DNA of 64,000 bases from a virus (lineage: Duplodnaviria; Caudoviricetes), in IMG/VR virus record IMGVR_UViG_3300027608_000010, one strand, 5' to 3'. Under the pieces are notes generated by a model. It was not told the origin of the DNA. It searched no databases and saw only the letters and a program-made list of their open reading frames with translations. This document shows, one piece after another, positions 30,044 through 40,627 of this stretch (positions are counted from its first letter, which is position 1; every line of letters begins with the position of its first letter). The position numbers and the translations under genes are program-made.

Positions 30044-33000
30044 ATGGCACAACAAATTATAGATTTCGGCGCATTCCCAAATGACCCTGCTGCCGACCCA
30101 ATACGAGCAGCCTTTCAAAAAGTACAGAACAATTTTACGGATTTATATTCAACTACACTTACCACTGGTGTCACATCAGTAACAACTGGTCCCGGATTAA
30201 CACAAAATAGAACTACTGGGGCTGTTCTTGTAAGCGCAAATATAGCCAGTATCACAATACAAACTCAGAATGGATTATTAATTGGGGTTGGATCTCCTAC
30301 ATCAACATCTGCTACAATAACAAATTCTGCTACACCTTTTGTTATTGGTCTTTCTACACAGATATCAATTTCTAATGTTGTTGCAACCAGTGTCACCGGT
30401 ACATTAAGAACAGCATCCCAGCCGTATGTTACTAGTCTAGGTACTCTGGTATCATTAGGTGTTACTGGTAATGTCACTGCCTCTAACTTTTTAGGTAATC
30501 TAGTAGGCGGCACTATTTCAGGAACGGTAGCTGCGCCAGGAGCAAATACTCAGTTATTATTCAATAATAGAGGTAATATTGGGGCAGCCTCTAGATTAAC
30601 ATACTCTGGTACTTCATTACAAATGAACGGAGATTTTACTGTAATTAATGGTGGTGTTAGTGCTATTAATCTTACTGCCTCTGCCAACGTATATGGTCAA
30701 TATTTCATAGGTACTTTCTTAGGCCCGGCTTCAAATGCTTCAGTGGTTACTGGAGCTGCTCAGCCAGCAATTACGTCAGTTGGAACTCTTTCAAGTTTAC
30801 AGGTTTCCGGTACATTAAACGCACCTACTATTGCAGGTAACGTTACTGGTAATTTAGCCGGTAATGTTATTGGTAATCTAGCAGGAACAGCAGACAGATC
30901 AATACAGGTCACCGGGGCATCACAACCTAACATTACTAGTTTAGGAACGTTGACTATATTAAACGTTCAAGGTAATGCATCTATCGGTAATATTAGTGCT
31001 ACGTATATTGAAGGACAAGTAACATCTTCAAGTCAACCTAATATTAGAAAATTAGGATTGCTAGATGGATTAGCAGTTGAAGGTAACTTAACTAGTGGTA
31101 ATATTACATTAACTGGTAGAATGAGTGCATCACTAATGGATGTGACTACATTCACTGCCGCTACTATAGCTGCTACTAGTCTTGCTGGCAATCTAGCAGG
31201 AAATGTTGCCGGTGACTTAACGGGAAATGTTGCAGGTAATTTGACAGGAAATGTTGCAGGTACTTTAACAGGAAATGTTATTGGAAATGTTTCTGGTAAC
31301 ATGTCCGGCAATATGTCTGGAAACGTGTCTGGTAATATTTCTGGTAATATTTCTGGTAATATCTTTTTACCAGGAGCAACCACACAATTGGTATTCAATG
31401 ATAGTGGCATTGCCGGCGCACACACAGGTGCAACATATAATAAAACTACTGGATTGTTTAGCATTACTGCAAATATTTCAAGTGGCAATTTAAATTCAAC
31501 AGGTATAATATTTGCATCTGCGGCTGCTAACGTAGGAGATTTAATCAGTAGAGGTGATGCAAACGTTACTGGAAATGTAAACAGTGGCAATTTAATTACA
31601 AATGGATTATTAACCGTCACTGGCAATGCAACAGTAGGAAATATTTCAGCTAGAACGCTTAGTGGCAATATTGTAAGTGTTAGTGGTAACGTATCTGGAG
31701 CTAATTTAGTTGCAAGCGGGCTTGTCACTATTCAAGGAACAAGCGCAGAATCTCTTAAAACTTCAGGTGGTGCTAATATTAGTGGCACTACAATGCAAGA
31801 CGGTAGTGTAGTTACTGCAAACATAAACGTAACAACTAAACTAACAACATTAGATTTATCTGCAAGAGGAAATTTAGATGGCGCTAATCTAAGCACAAGT
31901 GGATTACTACAAGTTACTGGAAATGCAACAACAGGTAATTTAAACACAGGCATATTAATTACAACCGGTAATATTGTAGGCGGTATTGGTACAACTATCA
32001 ATATTGGTGGCGGAATTATATCTATCGGAACGGCAACGGTAGGCAATGTAGTAACAGCTAATGCTAATATCACAGGTATTGCTAATGTTGGTTCGTTGTC
32101 ATCTCAGGGTAATGTCAATGTAACACAGCAAATATTTGCTGACGGTAATATCAATGCATCAACAGCATGGGTTAATGCACAGAATGCTAGTTTGGGGAAT
32201 GTAACATCTACTGGTAATATCGGAACAACTGGTAATATTAATGCAAGTAGTGGTTGGATTAATGCAGCCAATGCAAATTTCACTTCAATGCTTGTTGGCA
32301 ATATTACGGGTAATATTTCTGGTAACACAATGCGAAGTAATGCACTAACTGTTTCCGGCACTTCTAATTTCTCACACGTAGTTCTACCTACAATAGCGTC
32401 AGTGTCAATGGCATCTATATCAGCAAGTAGTACTACTATTACAGTTACAACTACAGCCGATCATGGCATGACAGTGGCAGGAGCACAGATAACACTATCA
32501 GGTGTTTCTGGTACCAATGCTCCAAGTGGACCTTATACAGTTGCTACAGTTCCCACTAATACAACATTTACATTTACTGCAACTGTAGCGCCATCGGGTG
32601 GTATTTCTGGTGGAACATTAACTATTAGACCATTATTAACAAGTACAGGATCAGGATCATTTGGCGGTACAATGACTGTTACGGGTACTGGTACATTTGG
32701 TAATGCTGCTACTACTCACCTAACAGCATCGGGTGATTTGTATGCAAATGGTGGTTTAATAAAATCTGCTAATGCAAACTTTACCGGAACTGCATCTTTA
32801 TTACACATTGATTCAACAGGTAATGCTAACTTTAGTGGATCTGTATTCAAAGTAACAGCTTCTGCCTCATTCGCTGAAGTACCTACTGCGGGTAACATTA
32901 CTTCACAAGCAAATATTCAGGCTGCGAACCTAGTTGCAACAAATACATTGACCGGAGGTAATTTATCTACTCCGGGACAATTAACAGTCGCTGGTACAGC

Positions 33001-35809
33001 TAATGTATCTCACATGACTTTACCATCAGTTGTATTAACTGGTACGTCAGCAATCACATCAATTCTATACAATACTGTTACTATTCGTGTAACCACTGTT
33101 AATTCGCACGGTATGGCAGTAATTGGAGCAACTGTTGTTGTAACCAATGCAAGCACAACAACCAATGGTACTTGGATTGTTTCTAATATTGTCGATTCAA
33201 AAAGATTTGAATTTGTAGTTAACGTAGCACCATCAGCATCAATAACCGTAGGAGCAACTACATCTATAACAATTAAACCAATATTATCTAGTTCTGGGTC
33301 AGCATCTATTGCCGGAACAATGTCTGCTGGTAACGTTGGAACAACTCACGTTGATGCTAGTGGTAATATATCTGCCTCATCTGGGTATGTATTCTCAAAA
33401 AATGCAAACGTTACTGGATTAGCCAACGTAGGCAATTTAGTAACAGGCGGAAACTTATATGCAAATTCTGGATTAATTAAAGCACTGAGTTCAAACATAA
33501 CCGGTACATTAACCTCATTACACATTGATTCAACAGGTAATGCTAACTTTAGTGGATCTGTATTCAAAGTAACAGCAAATGCAAATATTGGTAATATCAG
33601 TAATATCATGCACATTGTGTCTACTGGTACTATTTCTACTAGTGGTTTACTAAAATCCGCAAATGCCAATATTACTGGTTTAGCTACTCTTGCAAGTGCT
33701 AATGTCACTGGAAATAGCTCACACGGTAATATTGAGTCACTTGGTATATTAAACGTTGTCGGCAATGCTAGTGTAGGTAACTTCAGTACTGCAATAATAA
33801 GTGCTACTGGTAGTGCTAGTATTGGTGGAGGATTATCCGTTACTGGTAGTGCTAATGTTGGTAACTTACAATTCCCTGCATCAGCTACTGTATTAGGAAC
33901 AATTTCTGCAACATATGCATCTACTACTATTACGATTATTAGTACAATTGCACACCAACTAAGTGTTGGTAATGAAGTTGTATTATCAGGTATAACAGCA
34001 GCAACAAATGCACCTAATGGTGTCTATGTGATTGCAACAATCCCAGGAACACCACAAGTAGGTGGACAACCTAGTAGCTTTACAGTCACAGCCGCAGTAG
34101 CACCAACAGGTACATTAGGTGGAACAATTGTTGTAACAGTAAGACCTTTAATCTCTAGTGCAGGTTCTGGTATCTTTGATGGTCGATTAAAAGTAGGCGG
34201 CAATGCAGAAATTTTAGGTAGTTTAACTGGATTAACTTCATTGTCAGTAAGTACATTGATTTCAGGAGCTACTTTCCAAGCATCTGATTTTAACGGATCA
34301 AATGCTAATATAACAGGTAACGCAAAATTTGGTAATTTGTCAACACCTGGATTAGCAAACATAACAGGTCAAATTATTGCAGGTGGTAACTTAACAATCA
34401 CTAGTACTAATCAATCTAACTTTAGTGGTAATCTTGGCATCCCTCACTTATTTGCATCAGGCAACGTACAGGGAAATGTTCTAGTATCTTCAACTATAAT
34501 CACTGCGATAGGAAATGTTTCCGGTGGTAATTTAACTACCAATGGAATGTTAAAGGTAGACGGCAATGCAAGTGTAGGTAACATCACTACAAAAGATATC
34601 AATGGTACATTAGTTTCTGTGTCAGGAAACGTATCCGGTGCTAACTTAATTGCTAGTGGTATATTGACTGTTGCAGGTACTGCTAACATAGCAAGTTTAT
34701 CGTTACCAAGTACCCTTAAAGGAATTACTTCAATTACTAATTCTGGTACTACGGTAACTGTTACTACAACTACTGATCATGGCGGAAGTATGGGCACTGA
34801 ATTTACATTGACCGGTACAACAGCAACTACATTCCCGCCAAATATTAATGCAGGTGGAAATCCAGCATGGTTTGTAATTGCTACTGCCACATCAAATACA
34901 TTTACATTTACTGTGGCATCAGCACCTACAGGCACAATTGGTATTTCAGTTGCCTCATTAAACTTCAGACCATTCTTAGTTAGCACTGGTTCAGCAACCT
35001 TTGGTGGTGGATTAACTGCAACAGGGACAGTTATAGCTGGTCAATTCACTGGATATGCAAATGGTCTTCAAAATATACCAGCAGCAAATATAACTGGTTA
35101 TGCTCCATTAGCTAATGTGGCTAATACAGCAGTTACTGCTGGATCTGCTACAACGGTTACCGGTGCTTCACAGACAAATATTACTGAAGTTGGTAATCTA
35201 CTTAAATTATTTGTAGGTAATGCAACAGCTAATACTAATTTTGGAAATGGAACAATATCGTTAACTGGCAATTTGAATGCAGGTAACATACTTGGAAACG
35301 GATTCTTCTTAGCATCTGCAAATGGAGCAAACGTTTTAGGCAATGTAGCAGGTGCAACATTAGCTTACGGTCTATCCCCAGGACCGTATACTAGTATTAA
35401 TGCAGTAGGTACATTAAGTTCTTTAACTATAACCGGTGACACAGTTACTGGTTTAGCAAATGTTAACGGTCTTATAGTTAGAGATGCAACAGGTAGTCAC
35501 GTTAATTTTAGCACCAATCAAACACTAACTGCTCAATCTACTGCACCTGCAATGAATAAAACAATTAACATTATATCTGGAGTTGGAGTAGCTCCATATA
35601 ACGTCACGATGCCTACAATAGCTTTGGGTAGAAGTATATTTGTGTTTAATGATTCAGCACAGACAATCAATATATTACCAATTGGTGCTGGTGTGAATTT
35701 GGATGGGTTTACAGGCGGTGCATCCTTTCCATTGGGTGCAGGAGCAAGAATTCAATTTGTAGCCGGCACATTAACAAAATGGTATGCTCTAACAGGAGTT
35801 TATTCTTAA
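30044..35809 (+). CDS. very long tail fibre/spike-like structural protein
   Basis: 1921 aa, G/N/T/S/A-rich beta repeats, N-terminal DPAADPIRAAFQKV anchor, late motif at 30017. Confidence 0.75.
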   Translation: MAQQIIDFGAFPNDPAADPIRAAFQKVQNNFTDLYSTTLTTGVTSVTTGPGLTQNRTTGAVLVSANIASITIQTQNGLLIGVGSPTSTSATITNSATPFVIGLSTQISISNVVATSVTGTLRTASQPYVTSLGTLVSLGVTGNVTASNFLGNLVGGTISGTVAAPGANTQLLFNNRGNIGAASRLTYSGTSLQMNGDFTVINGGVSAINLTASANVYGQYFIGTFLGPASNASVVTGAAQPAITSVGTLSSLQVSGTLNAPTIAGNVTGNLAGNVIGNLAGTADRSIQVTGASQPNITSLGTLTILNVQGNASIGNISATYIEGQVTSSSQPNIRKLGLLDGLAVEGNLTSGNITLTGRMSASLMDVTTFTAATIAATSLAGNLAGNVAGDLTGNVAGNLTGNVAGTLTGNVIGNVSGNMSGNMSGNVSGNISGNISGNIFLPGATTQLVFNDSGIAGAHTGATYNKTTGLFSITANISSGNLNSTGIIFASAAANVGDLISRGDANVTGNVNSGNLITNGLLTVTGNATVGNISARTLSGNIVSVSGNVSGANLVASGLVTIQGTSAESLKTSGGANISGTTMQDGSVVTANINVTTKLTTLDLSARGNLDGANLSTSGLLQVTGNATTGNLNTGILITTGNIVGGIGTTINIGGGIISIGTATVGNVVTANANITGIANVGSLSSQGNVNVTQQIFADGNINASTAWVNAQNASLGNVTSTGNIGTTGNINASSGWINAANANFTSMLVGNITGNISGNTMRSNALTVSGTSNFSHVVLPTIASVSMASISASSTTITVTTTADHGMTVAGAQITLSGVSGTNAPSGPYTVATVPTNTTFTFTATVAPSGGISGGTLTIRPLLTSTGSGSFGGTMTVTGTGTFGNAATTHLTASGDLYANGGLIKSANANFTGTASLLHIDSTGNANFSGSVFKVTASASFAEVPTAGNITSQANIQAANLVATNTLTGGNLSTPGQLTVAGTANVSHMTLPSVVLTGTSAITSILYNTVTIRVTTVNSHGMAVIGATVVVTNASTTTNGTWIVSNIVDSKRFEFVVNVAPSASITVGATTSITIKPILSSSGSASIAGTMSAGNVGTTHVDASGNISASSGYVFSKNANVTGLANVGNLVTGGNLYANSGLIKALSSNITGTLTSLHIDSTGNANFSGSVFKVTANANIGNISNIMHIVSTGTISTSGLLKSANANITGLATLASANVTGNSSHGNIESLGILNVVGNASVGNFSTAIISATGSASIGGGLSVTGSANVGNLQFPASATVLGTISATYASTTITIISTIAHQLSVGNEVVLSGITAATNAPNGVYVIATIPGTPQVGGQPSSFTVTAAVAPTGTLGGTIVVTVRPLISSAGSGIFDGRLKVGGNAEILGSLTGLTSLSVSTLISGATFQASDFNGSNANITGNAKFGNLSTPGLANITGQIIAGGNLTITSTNQSNFSGNLGIPHLFASGNVQGNVLVSSTIITAIGNVSGGNLTTNGMLKVDGNASVGNITTKDINGTLVSVSGNVSGANLIASGILTVAGTANIASLSLPSTLKGITSITNSGTTVTVTTTTDHGGSMGTEFTLTGTTATTFPPNINAGGNPAWFVIATATSNTFTFTVASAPTGTIGISVASLNFRPFLVSTGSATFGGGLTATGTVIAGQFTGYANGLQNIPAANITGYAPLANVANTAVTAGSATTVTGASQTNITEVGNLLKLFVGNATANTNFGNGTISLTGNLNAGNILGNGFFLASANGANVLGNVAGATLAYGLSPGPYTSINAVGTLSSLTITGDTVTGLANVNGLIVRDATGSHVNFSTNQTLTAQSTAPAMNKTINIISGVGVAPYNVTMPTIALGRSIFVFNDSAQTINILPIGAGVNLDGFTGGASFPLGAGARIQFVAGTLTKWYALTGVYS
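31187..31363 (+). repeat. 12-bp-period degenerate repeat encoding (G-N-x-x) about 15 times
   Basis: GNLA GNVA GDLT GNVA GNLT GNVA GTLT GNVI GNVS GNMS GNMS GNVS GNIS GNIS GNI. Confidence 0.9.
32801..33576 (+). repeat. 59-bp exact direct repeat (32801-32859 and 33518-33576)
   Basis: TTACACATTGATTCAACAGG...CAAAGTAACAGC is identical in both copies. Confidence 0.9.
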
Positions 35810-35819
35810 AAGGAAAATT

Positions 35820-36443
35820 ATGATAACATTGGAATTATTACAGGCATTATGCCCAAAAACTAAAGTAGCAGTACTAAAAGTATATGCTCAACCCTTACAT
35901 GAAGTAGCAGAATACTATGACATGTATGATAACATGCGTAGAGCGGCAGCATTTGTTGCACAAACTGCACATGAATCAGGTGGCTTTAACTTTGTTAAAG
36001 AAAATCTAAACTACAGTGCTAAAGGATTGATGGGTACTTTTAAAAAGTATTTCCCTACTGATGACTTAGCAAGACAGTATGAACGCAAGCCAGAAAAGAT
36101 TGCAAATCGTGTTTACGGTGGACGTATGGGCAATGGTCCAGAAGAATCAGGTGATGGTTATAAGTTCTGTGGTCGTGGATTGATTCAGTTAACAGGTAAA
36201 CAAAATTATACTAAGTTTGCCGCAGATTTAGGTATCAGTATTGACGAGACTGTTGCATATTTAGAAACACCTGAAGGTGCAGTAAGCAGTGCAGGTTGGT
36301 TCTGGGATAACAACAACTTAAATCAATATTGTGATAGTGATGATTTTGTTACATTGACAAAACGAATCAACGGCGGAACTATTGGGCTTGAAGATAGACA
36401 ACATCATTATCATCTTGCATTAGATTTATTACAAGGACATTAA
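35820..36443 (+). CDS. glycoside hydrolase family 19 lysin
   Basis: AAFVAQTAHESGGF, ENLNYS, GRGLIQLTGKQNY, AGWFW and TKRINGG motifs. Confidence 0.93.
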   Translation: MITLELLQALCPKTKVAVLKVYAQPLHEVAEYYDMYDNMRRAAAFVAQTAHESGGFNFVKENLNYSAKGLMGTFKKYFPTDDLARQYERKPEKIANRVYGGRMGNGPEESGDGYKFCGRGLIQLTGKQNYTKFAADLGISIDETVAYLETPEGAVSSAGWFWDNNNLNQYCDSDDFVTLTKRINGGTIGLEDRQHHYHLALDLLQGH

Positions 36444-36444
36444 T

Positions 36445-38607
36445 ATGTCACAGCCGGTTTGGAAAACCCCCGCAGGAGATTTAGGAACCTATAATATAGG
36501 AACCCCAATAAATTTAACATTGAGTGCGGCAGCAACATTTCCTGCAAGTTATTTAGAATATAAATTATTAAGCGGAGAATTACCAACAGGTGTATCTTTA
36601 GACGCATTTGGAAATATTAACGGTATTCCCTCAAATAGTTTAGTTGAAAAAAATTTCACTTTCACAATACGTGCTACTGATGAGTTAAATAAAATACGTG
36701 ATAGAACATTTAACCTAGCAACGTCAAGTGTAATTAATAAACCAAAAATAACTACGCTGCCAGGTGAAATCATAAACGTAATTGATAGTTTGTATGTAGA
36801 TTATAAAATTCAATATTCAAATGTCGTTTCGTCAAATAACATATCATTTACTATCCTGGCAGGAAATTTACCACCGGGATTATATTTAAATCCTGAGGGA
36901 ATAATTAAAGGTTATCCCAAAAAACCGTTTTTAGCTAACAAAAGCCCAACAACTATAAAATATACCTTTACAGTGTTATTGACAAGTGATTTGGGAAATG
37001 ATATTGCTATTTTTTCAATCGTGGTAAGAAATAAACAATTATCAAGTCCACTCAATAATAGAATTCCGGTAATCTTAAATAAAAAACCATTACATGAACC
37101 TATTAGGGTCGATGATCCATACACTGATTATTATTTGTTAGAAGGTGAATCAATATCTACTATCAAAGCTAATGAATATTTTGCTTTTAAAATAATTGCA
37201 GTAGATTTTGATAACTCGCTCATCGATTATCAATTTGGTGGACTGCCACCTGGACTAGTTGGTAATAGTACTACTGGTTGGATTACGGGCATCCCAAAAG
37301 AACCTAGAAAAAATATTGTAACATATGATATTTCAGTCAGTGTAGCAAAAAGAAATAATCAAACATTAGTTTCTGCCCAAGAAATTTTTAGAATTAGTAT
37401 ACGTAAAGATATTGAAGAAGATATTGCATGGAATACCGGTAGTGATTTAGGAACAATATTCAATGGTACAATAAGTATGCTTAAAGTTTCAGCTACTGCT
37501 ACTGAATCATTAGTGTATGAAGTTGTCAGTGGTTCTTTACCTAAAAACTTAGTTTTATTAGAAACTGGTGAAATTGCAGGAAGAGTGGCTCAACAACCTG
37601 ACGTTTACAAAATATTAACAATAGGTGATACTATTGAATTCAATTTTACTATTAGAGCATTTAGCAGAACTTATCCGTTACTAACAAAAAGTAAACAATT
37701 TAAAATTACGGTATATCAATACTACCCTGAACCGTTAGAGAATGTATATTTCAAAGCATTCCCTAATACTTATGGAAAACGAGTAATTTTATCATTATTG
37801 ACAGATACCAGTTTAATACCAACTGACTATCTATATAGACCCAATGACATGTATTTTGGAAAAGCAACAGATGTTAGATTTGTTCATGTATATGGAATAA
37901 CTGCTAGTTCAATGCAGAGTTATATTAACGCTACACAGAAAAATTACTATGAACGTAAAATTACGTTAGGTGAAATAAAAACAGCGATAGCCACTGATTC
38001 TGACGGTACTGTATTGTATGAAGTAGTATACAGTAATATTATAGATAATTTACAAAATGAAAACGGTAAGGGAGTATCAGATAAATTAACTTTTAATAAT
38101 CCAATAAGTTTACGATTGGGCCCTTGGTTCATTAATAACTCCTCACTATTAATCAATACGTCTACTGTTAAAATTAATGCGAGTCCCGGAACAACTATGT
38201 TTGTATATCCTGCAGGATTGCATAACATGAGATCAGCATTAACATCAAATATTACTCAAAATTTTGATAATAGATTGATGCCGTTGTGGATGACCTCACA
38301 ACAAACGGATACAACACTAGATTCTACTTTGGGCTATGTACAGGGATGGATTATATGTTATACTAAACCTGGATATGCTGAGATTATTAAAAATAATATC
38401 AATGAAAATTGGAATTATACGCTAAATGAAATTGATTTTACTATAGATCGATTCATAGTTGACAAGAGTGCAACATATAACTGGAATACTAACTTGACTA
38501 TTCCTTCTTGGAGTGATTTACCAAGTGCAACACCTGTACCGGACCCATTCGATTCGAATGATGCAGTTGTTCTTTTCAGCAAAAAAACTATTTTACCAAA
38601 TAGTTAA
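36445..38607 (+). CDS. baseplate wedge-type protein with putative Ig-like repeats
   Basis: Repeated SGELPTGVSL / GNLPPGL / GSLPKNL He_PIG-like units. Confidence 0.6.
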   Translation: MSQPVWKTPAGDLGTYNIGTPINLTLSAAATFPASYLEYKLLSGELPTGVSLDAFGNINGIPSNSLVEKNFTFTIRATDELNKIRDRTFNLATSSVINKPKITTLPGEIINVIDSLYVDYKIQYSNVVSSNNISFTILAGNLPPGLYLNPEGIIKGYPKKPFLANKSPTTIKYTFTVLLTSDLGNDIAIFSIVVRNKQLSSPLNNRIPVILNKKPLHEPIRVDDPYTDYYLLEGESISTIKANEYFAFKIIAVDFDNSLIDYQFGGLPPGLVGNSTTGWITGIPKEPRKNIVTYDISVSVAKRNNQTLVSAQEIFRISIRKDIEEDIAWNTGSDLGTIFNGTISMLKVSATATESLVYEVVSGSLPKNLVLLETGEIAGRVAQQPDVYKILTIGDTIEFNFTIRAFSRTYPLLTKSKQFKITVYQYYPEPLENVYFKAFPNTYGKRVILSLLTDTSLIPTDYLYRPNDMYFGKATDVRFVHVYGITASSMQSYINATQKNYYERKITLGEIKTAIATDSDGTVLYEVVYSNIIDNLQNENGKGVSDKLTFNNPISLRLGPWFINNSSLLINTSTVKINASPGTTMFVYPAGLHNMRSALTSNITQNFDNRLMPLWMTSQQTDTTLDSTLGYVQGWIICYTKPGYAEIIKNNINENWNYTLNEIDFTIDRFIVDKSATYNWNTNLTIPSWSDLPSATPVPDPFDSNDAVVLFSKKTILPNS

Positions 38608-38636
38608 ACTATAAATAGAAGACGGAATTAAAAATT

Positions 38637-39455
38637 ATGAGTTCAATTAACACTAGTGCAATTAACACAGCTTACCCAATCCCTGGAGTGAATAATAGCA
38701 CCCAAGGATTCAGGGATAACTTTACCAGTATTAAGAATAACTTAGATACTGCAAAAACAGAGTTAAATGACCTACAAAATAAAGTTCTTGTAAAATCTGC
38801 ATTAGCTGGTAGAACATTAGATAATAATATGGCAGGCGTATTGATATCTAATGCTAGTATTAAAGGATTTCGCCAACCAATGCATAATATGGGTTCTAGC
38901 ATAAGTGATACTCTATTAATTGATGTAACTAAAGGTGATGTACAATACGGAACTATTGTTGGTGACACTACTATTAGTTTTGCTGGCTGGGCCACTACTG
39001 GTACATTGTGTAGTGTTCAACTTAATTTGACTATTGATTGGAACGCTGGATATACTATCTATTTACCTAGTACAGTTTATAATGCACAAGCAACCATTGC
39101 CAATGGAATGGATGCTACGGTAACTATATTAGAAAATTACGGGTTCATCGGTACTCCTGGAGTAAATGCTACCGTAACTAATCAAATTACTGCACCTGCA
39201 GGTGTTACTGAATTACAGTTAAAATTTAGTACAGTAAATTGTGGCACAACAATAAGTGTACAGCCATTAAATAGAAATCAAACTACTTCTTATATAAATT
39301 TAAGACAACCTACCAACAAGGGTGTGCCTGGTGACATGCCCGGAGCTATTTGTTTCGATGGATATGATTTGTATATATGTATTGGAGCATATGACGGTTC
39401 TACTACTATCTGGGGTAAACCTGGTTGGTCATTAGTTCCGGCAGAGACAACTTAA
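38637..39455 (+). CDS. virion fibre/baseplate-associated protein
   Basis: N-terminal YPIPGVNNSTQGFRDNF plus coiled coil; C-terminal domain resembles that of 8414..9394. Confidence 0.55.
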   Translation: MSSINTSAINTAYPIPGVNNSTQGFRDNFTSIKNNLDTAKTELNDLQNKVLVKSALAGRTLDNNMAGVLISNASIKGFRQPMHNMGSSISDTLLIDVTKGDVQYGTIVGDTTISFAGWATTGTLCSVQLNLTIDWNAGYTIYLPSTVYNAQATIANGMDATVTILENYGFIGTPGVNATVTNQITAPAGVTELQLKFSTVNCGTTISVQPLNRNQTTSYINLRQPTNKGVPGDMPGAICFDGYDLYICIGAYDGSTTIWGKPGWSLVPAETT

Positions 39456-39691
39456 TGGAACACCCTTTCATGCCAGATTTGTCAAATAAAACAATAGATG
39501 AACTACAAACATCTATTCAAGATTTAACTAGTAAATTAACTTTTGCACATCGTATTGGTAAAGAGTTTATGGTAAATCAAATACATATGGTTCTTGAAGG
39601 CTATAACAAAGAATATGCCAAGAGAATGGATGAACTGTACAAGAAGCAAAACATCCAAAACAATATCAAAATTGACAATAATAAAGCCTAA
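39455..39691 (+). CDS. hypothetical protein
   Basis: 78 aa from ATG 39455, which overlaps the previous stop. Confidence 0.6.
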   Translation: MEHPFMPDLSNKTIDELQTSIQDLTSKLTFAHRIGKEFMVNQIHMVLEGYNKEYAKRMDELYKKQNIQNNIKIDNNKA

Positions 39692-39741
39692 AAGGGCAAA
39701 TAGCTATTGTATTTTTGTAGAAACTATGTTATCATAGCACA

Positions 39742-40248
39742 ATGCAAATTGATATATACGGTCAGCAAATTTTAGATGAAATGGACTTATGCAGTGCCTT
39801 TCTATCTGACCCCAACATAAAAATCAAAAACGCATTAGTCTCTGATGATATCTATTTTGATAAAGATTTAGAGATAGAAAATATACCCACATTCAAGAAA
39901 TATGTCAAGCAATCTATAACTAAGGAAGAGTTTGACAATCAATTACAACGTAATTGGTTTATTCCAGAAGAATACAATCAATTAGATATAGCCAAACATG
40001 TACTAGACTTATGTCAAACTGACGCAGAATTACAACGAGTTGGGCAAGAGTTAATATTATATCAGCAACGAGATTTGTTTCAATTATTGCGTTATTGTAA
40101 GTATCTAGTTGATACTATGAGAGCAAATAAAGTTGTTTGGGGAGTAGGTCGTGGTAGTAGTGTATCCAGTTATGTTCTGTATTTGATGGGGATACACAGA
40201 ATAAATAGTTTGCATTATGACTTGTCCATTGACGAGTTCTTAAAATAA
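39742..40248 (+). CDS. dnaE: DNA polymerase III alpha (DnaE)-like N-terminal palm fragment
   Basis: RVGQELILY...VVWGVGRGSSVSSYVLYLMGIHRINSLHYDLSIDEFLK aligns with DnaE GPGRGSxxGSLVAYxLGITxxDPLxYxLLFERFL. Confidence 0.8.
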   Translation: MQIDIYGQQILDEMDLCSAFLSDPNIKIKNALVSDDIYFDKDLEIENIPTFKKYVKQSITKEEFDNQLQRNWFIPEEYNQLDIAKHVLDLCQTDAELQRVGQELILYQQRDLFQLLRYCKYLVDTMRANKVVWGVGRGSSVSSYVLYLMGIHRINSLHYDLSIDEFLK

Positions 40249-40258
40249 GGAGAAAATT

Positions 40259-40627
40259 ATGCATAGATCAGCATTAGGTAAAACAGTAGATATGTCTTCA
40301 TTGGTTTCAAAAAATGAAAAAGTACGTGCCGTGGGTAACATGAACGTAAATGCTAGAGGTGATATTATCGACAGTCACGGCAGAGTGGTACAGGATAATA
40401 CACAACGAGTTAAAAGACAATATAGTAATACTGTTAATAAACCATCAATTCAAGAAGATGTACAACCAGAAGTTGTAACTCCTGTAGTTACTCCTCCACC
40501 GGTAGTAGAAGTAATAGCACCTGACTTGAATCCAGAAGAACAAAAAATGTTTGAAGAATTTGATGATTACGAAGAAGTTGAAGAAATCAAGCAAACCGAA
40601 ACAGAGAAACCGAAAGCAAAGAAATGA
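40259..40627 (+). CDS. hypothetical protein
   Basis: 122 aa with AGGAG RBS; AVGNMNVNARGD motif. Confidence 0.65.
   Translation: MHRSALGKTVDMSSLVSKNEKVRAVGNMNVNARGDIIDSHGRVVQDNTQRVKRQYSNTVNKPSIQEDVQPEVVTPVVTPPPVVEVIAPDLNPEEQKMFEEFDDYEEVEEIKQTETEKPKAKK

Noticed and set aside
30265-35343. Many antisense ORFs (P/L/V/T-rich) opposite the long fibre gene, and similar shadow ORFs elsewhere
   Set aside because: They are reverse-complement by-products of repetitive sense codons, with no RBS, promoter or recognisable domain.
405-40248. Trans-splicing split intein DnaE (cyanobacterial type)
   Set aside because: The N-half ends at EFLK with no Cys/Ser-initiated intein segment, and the C-half has no HN-C/S junction. 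The split is intein-free.
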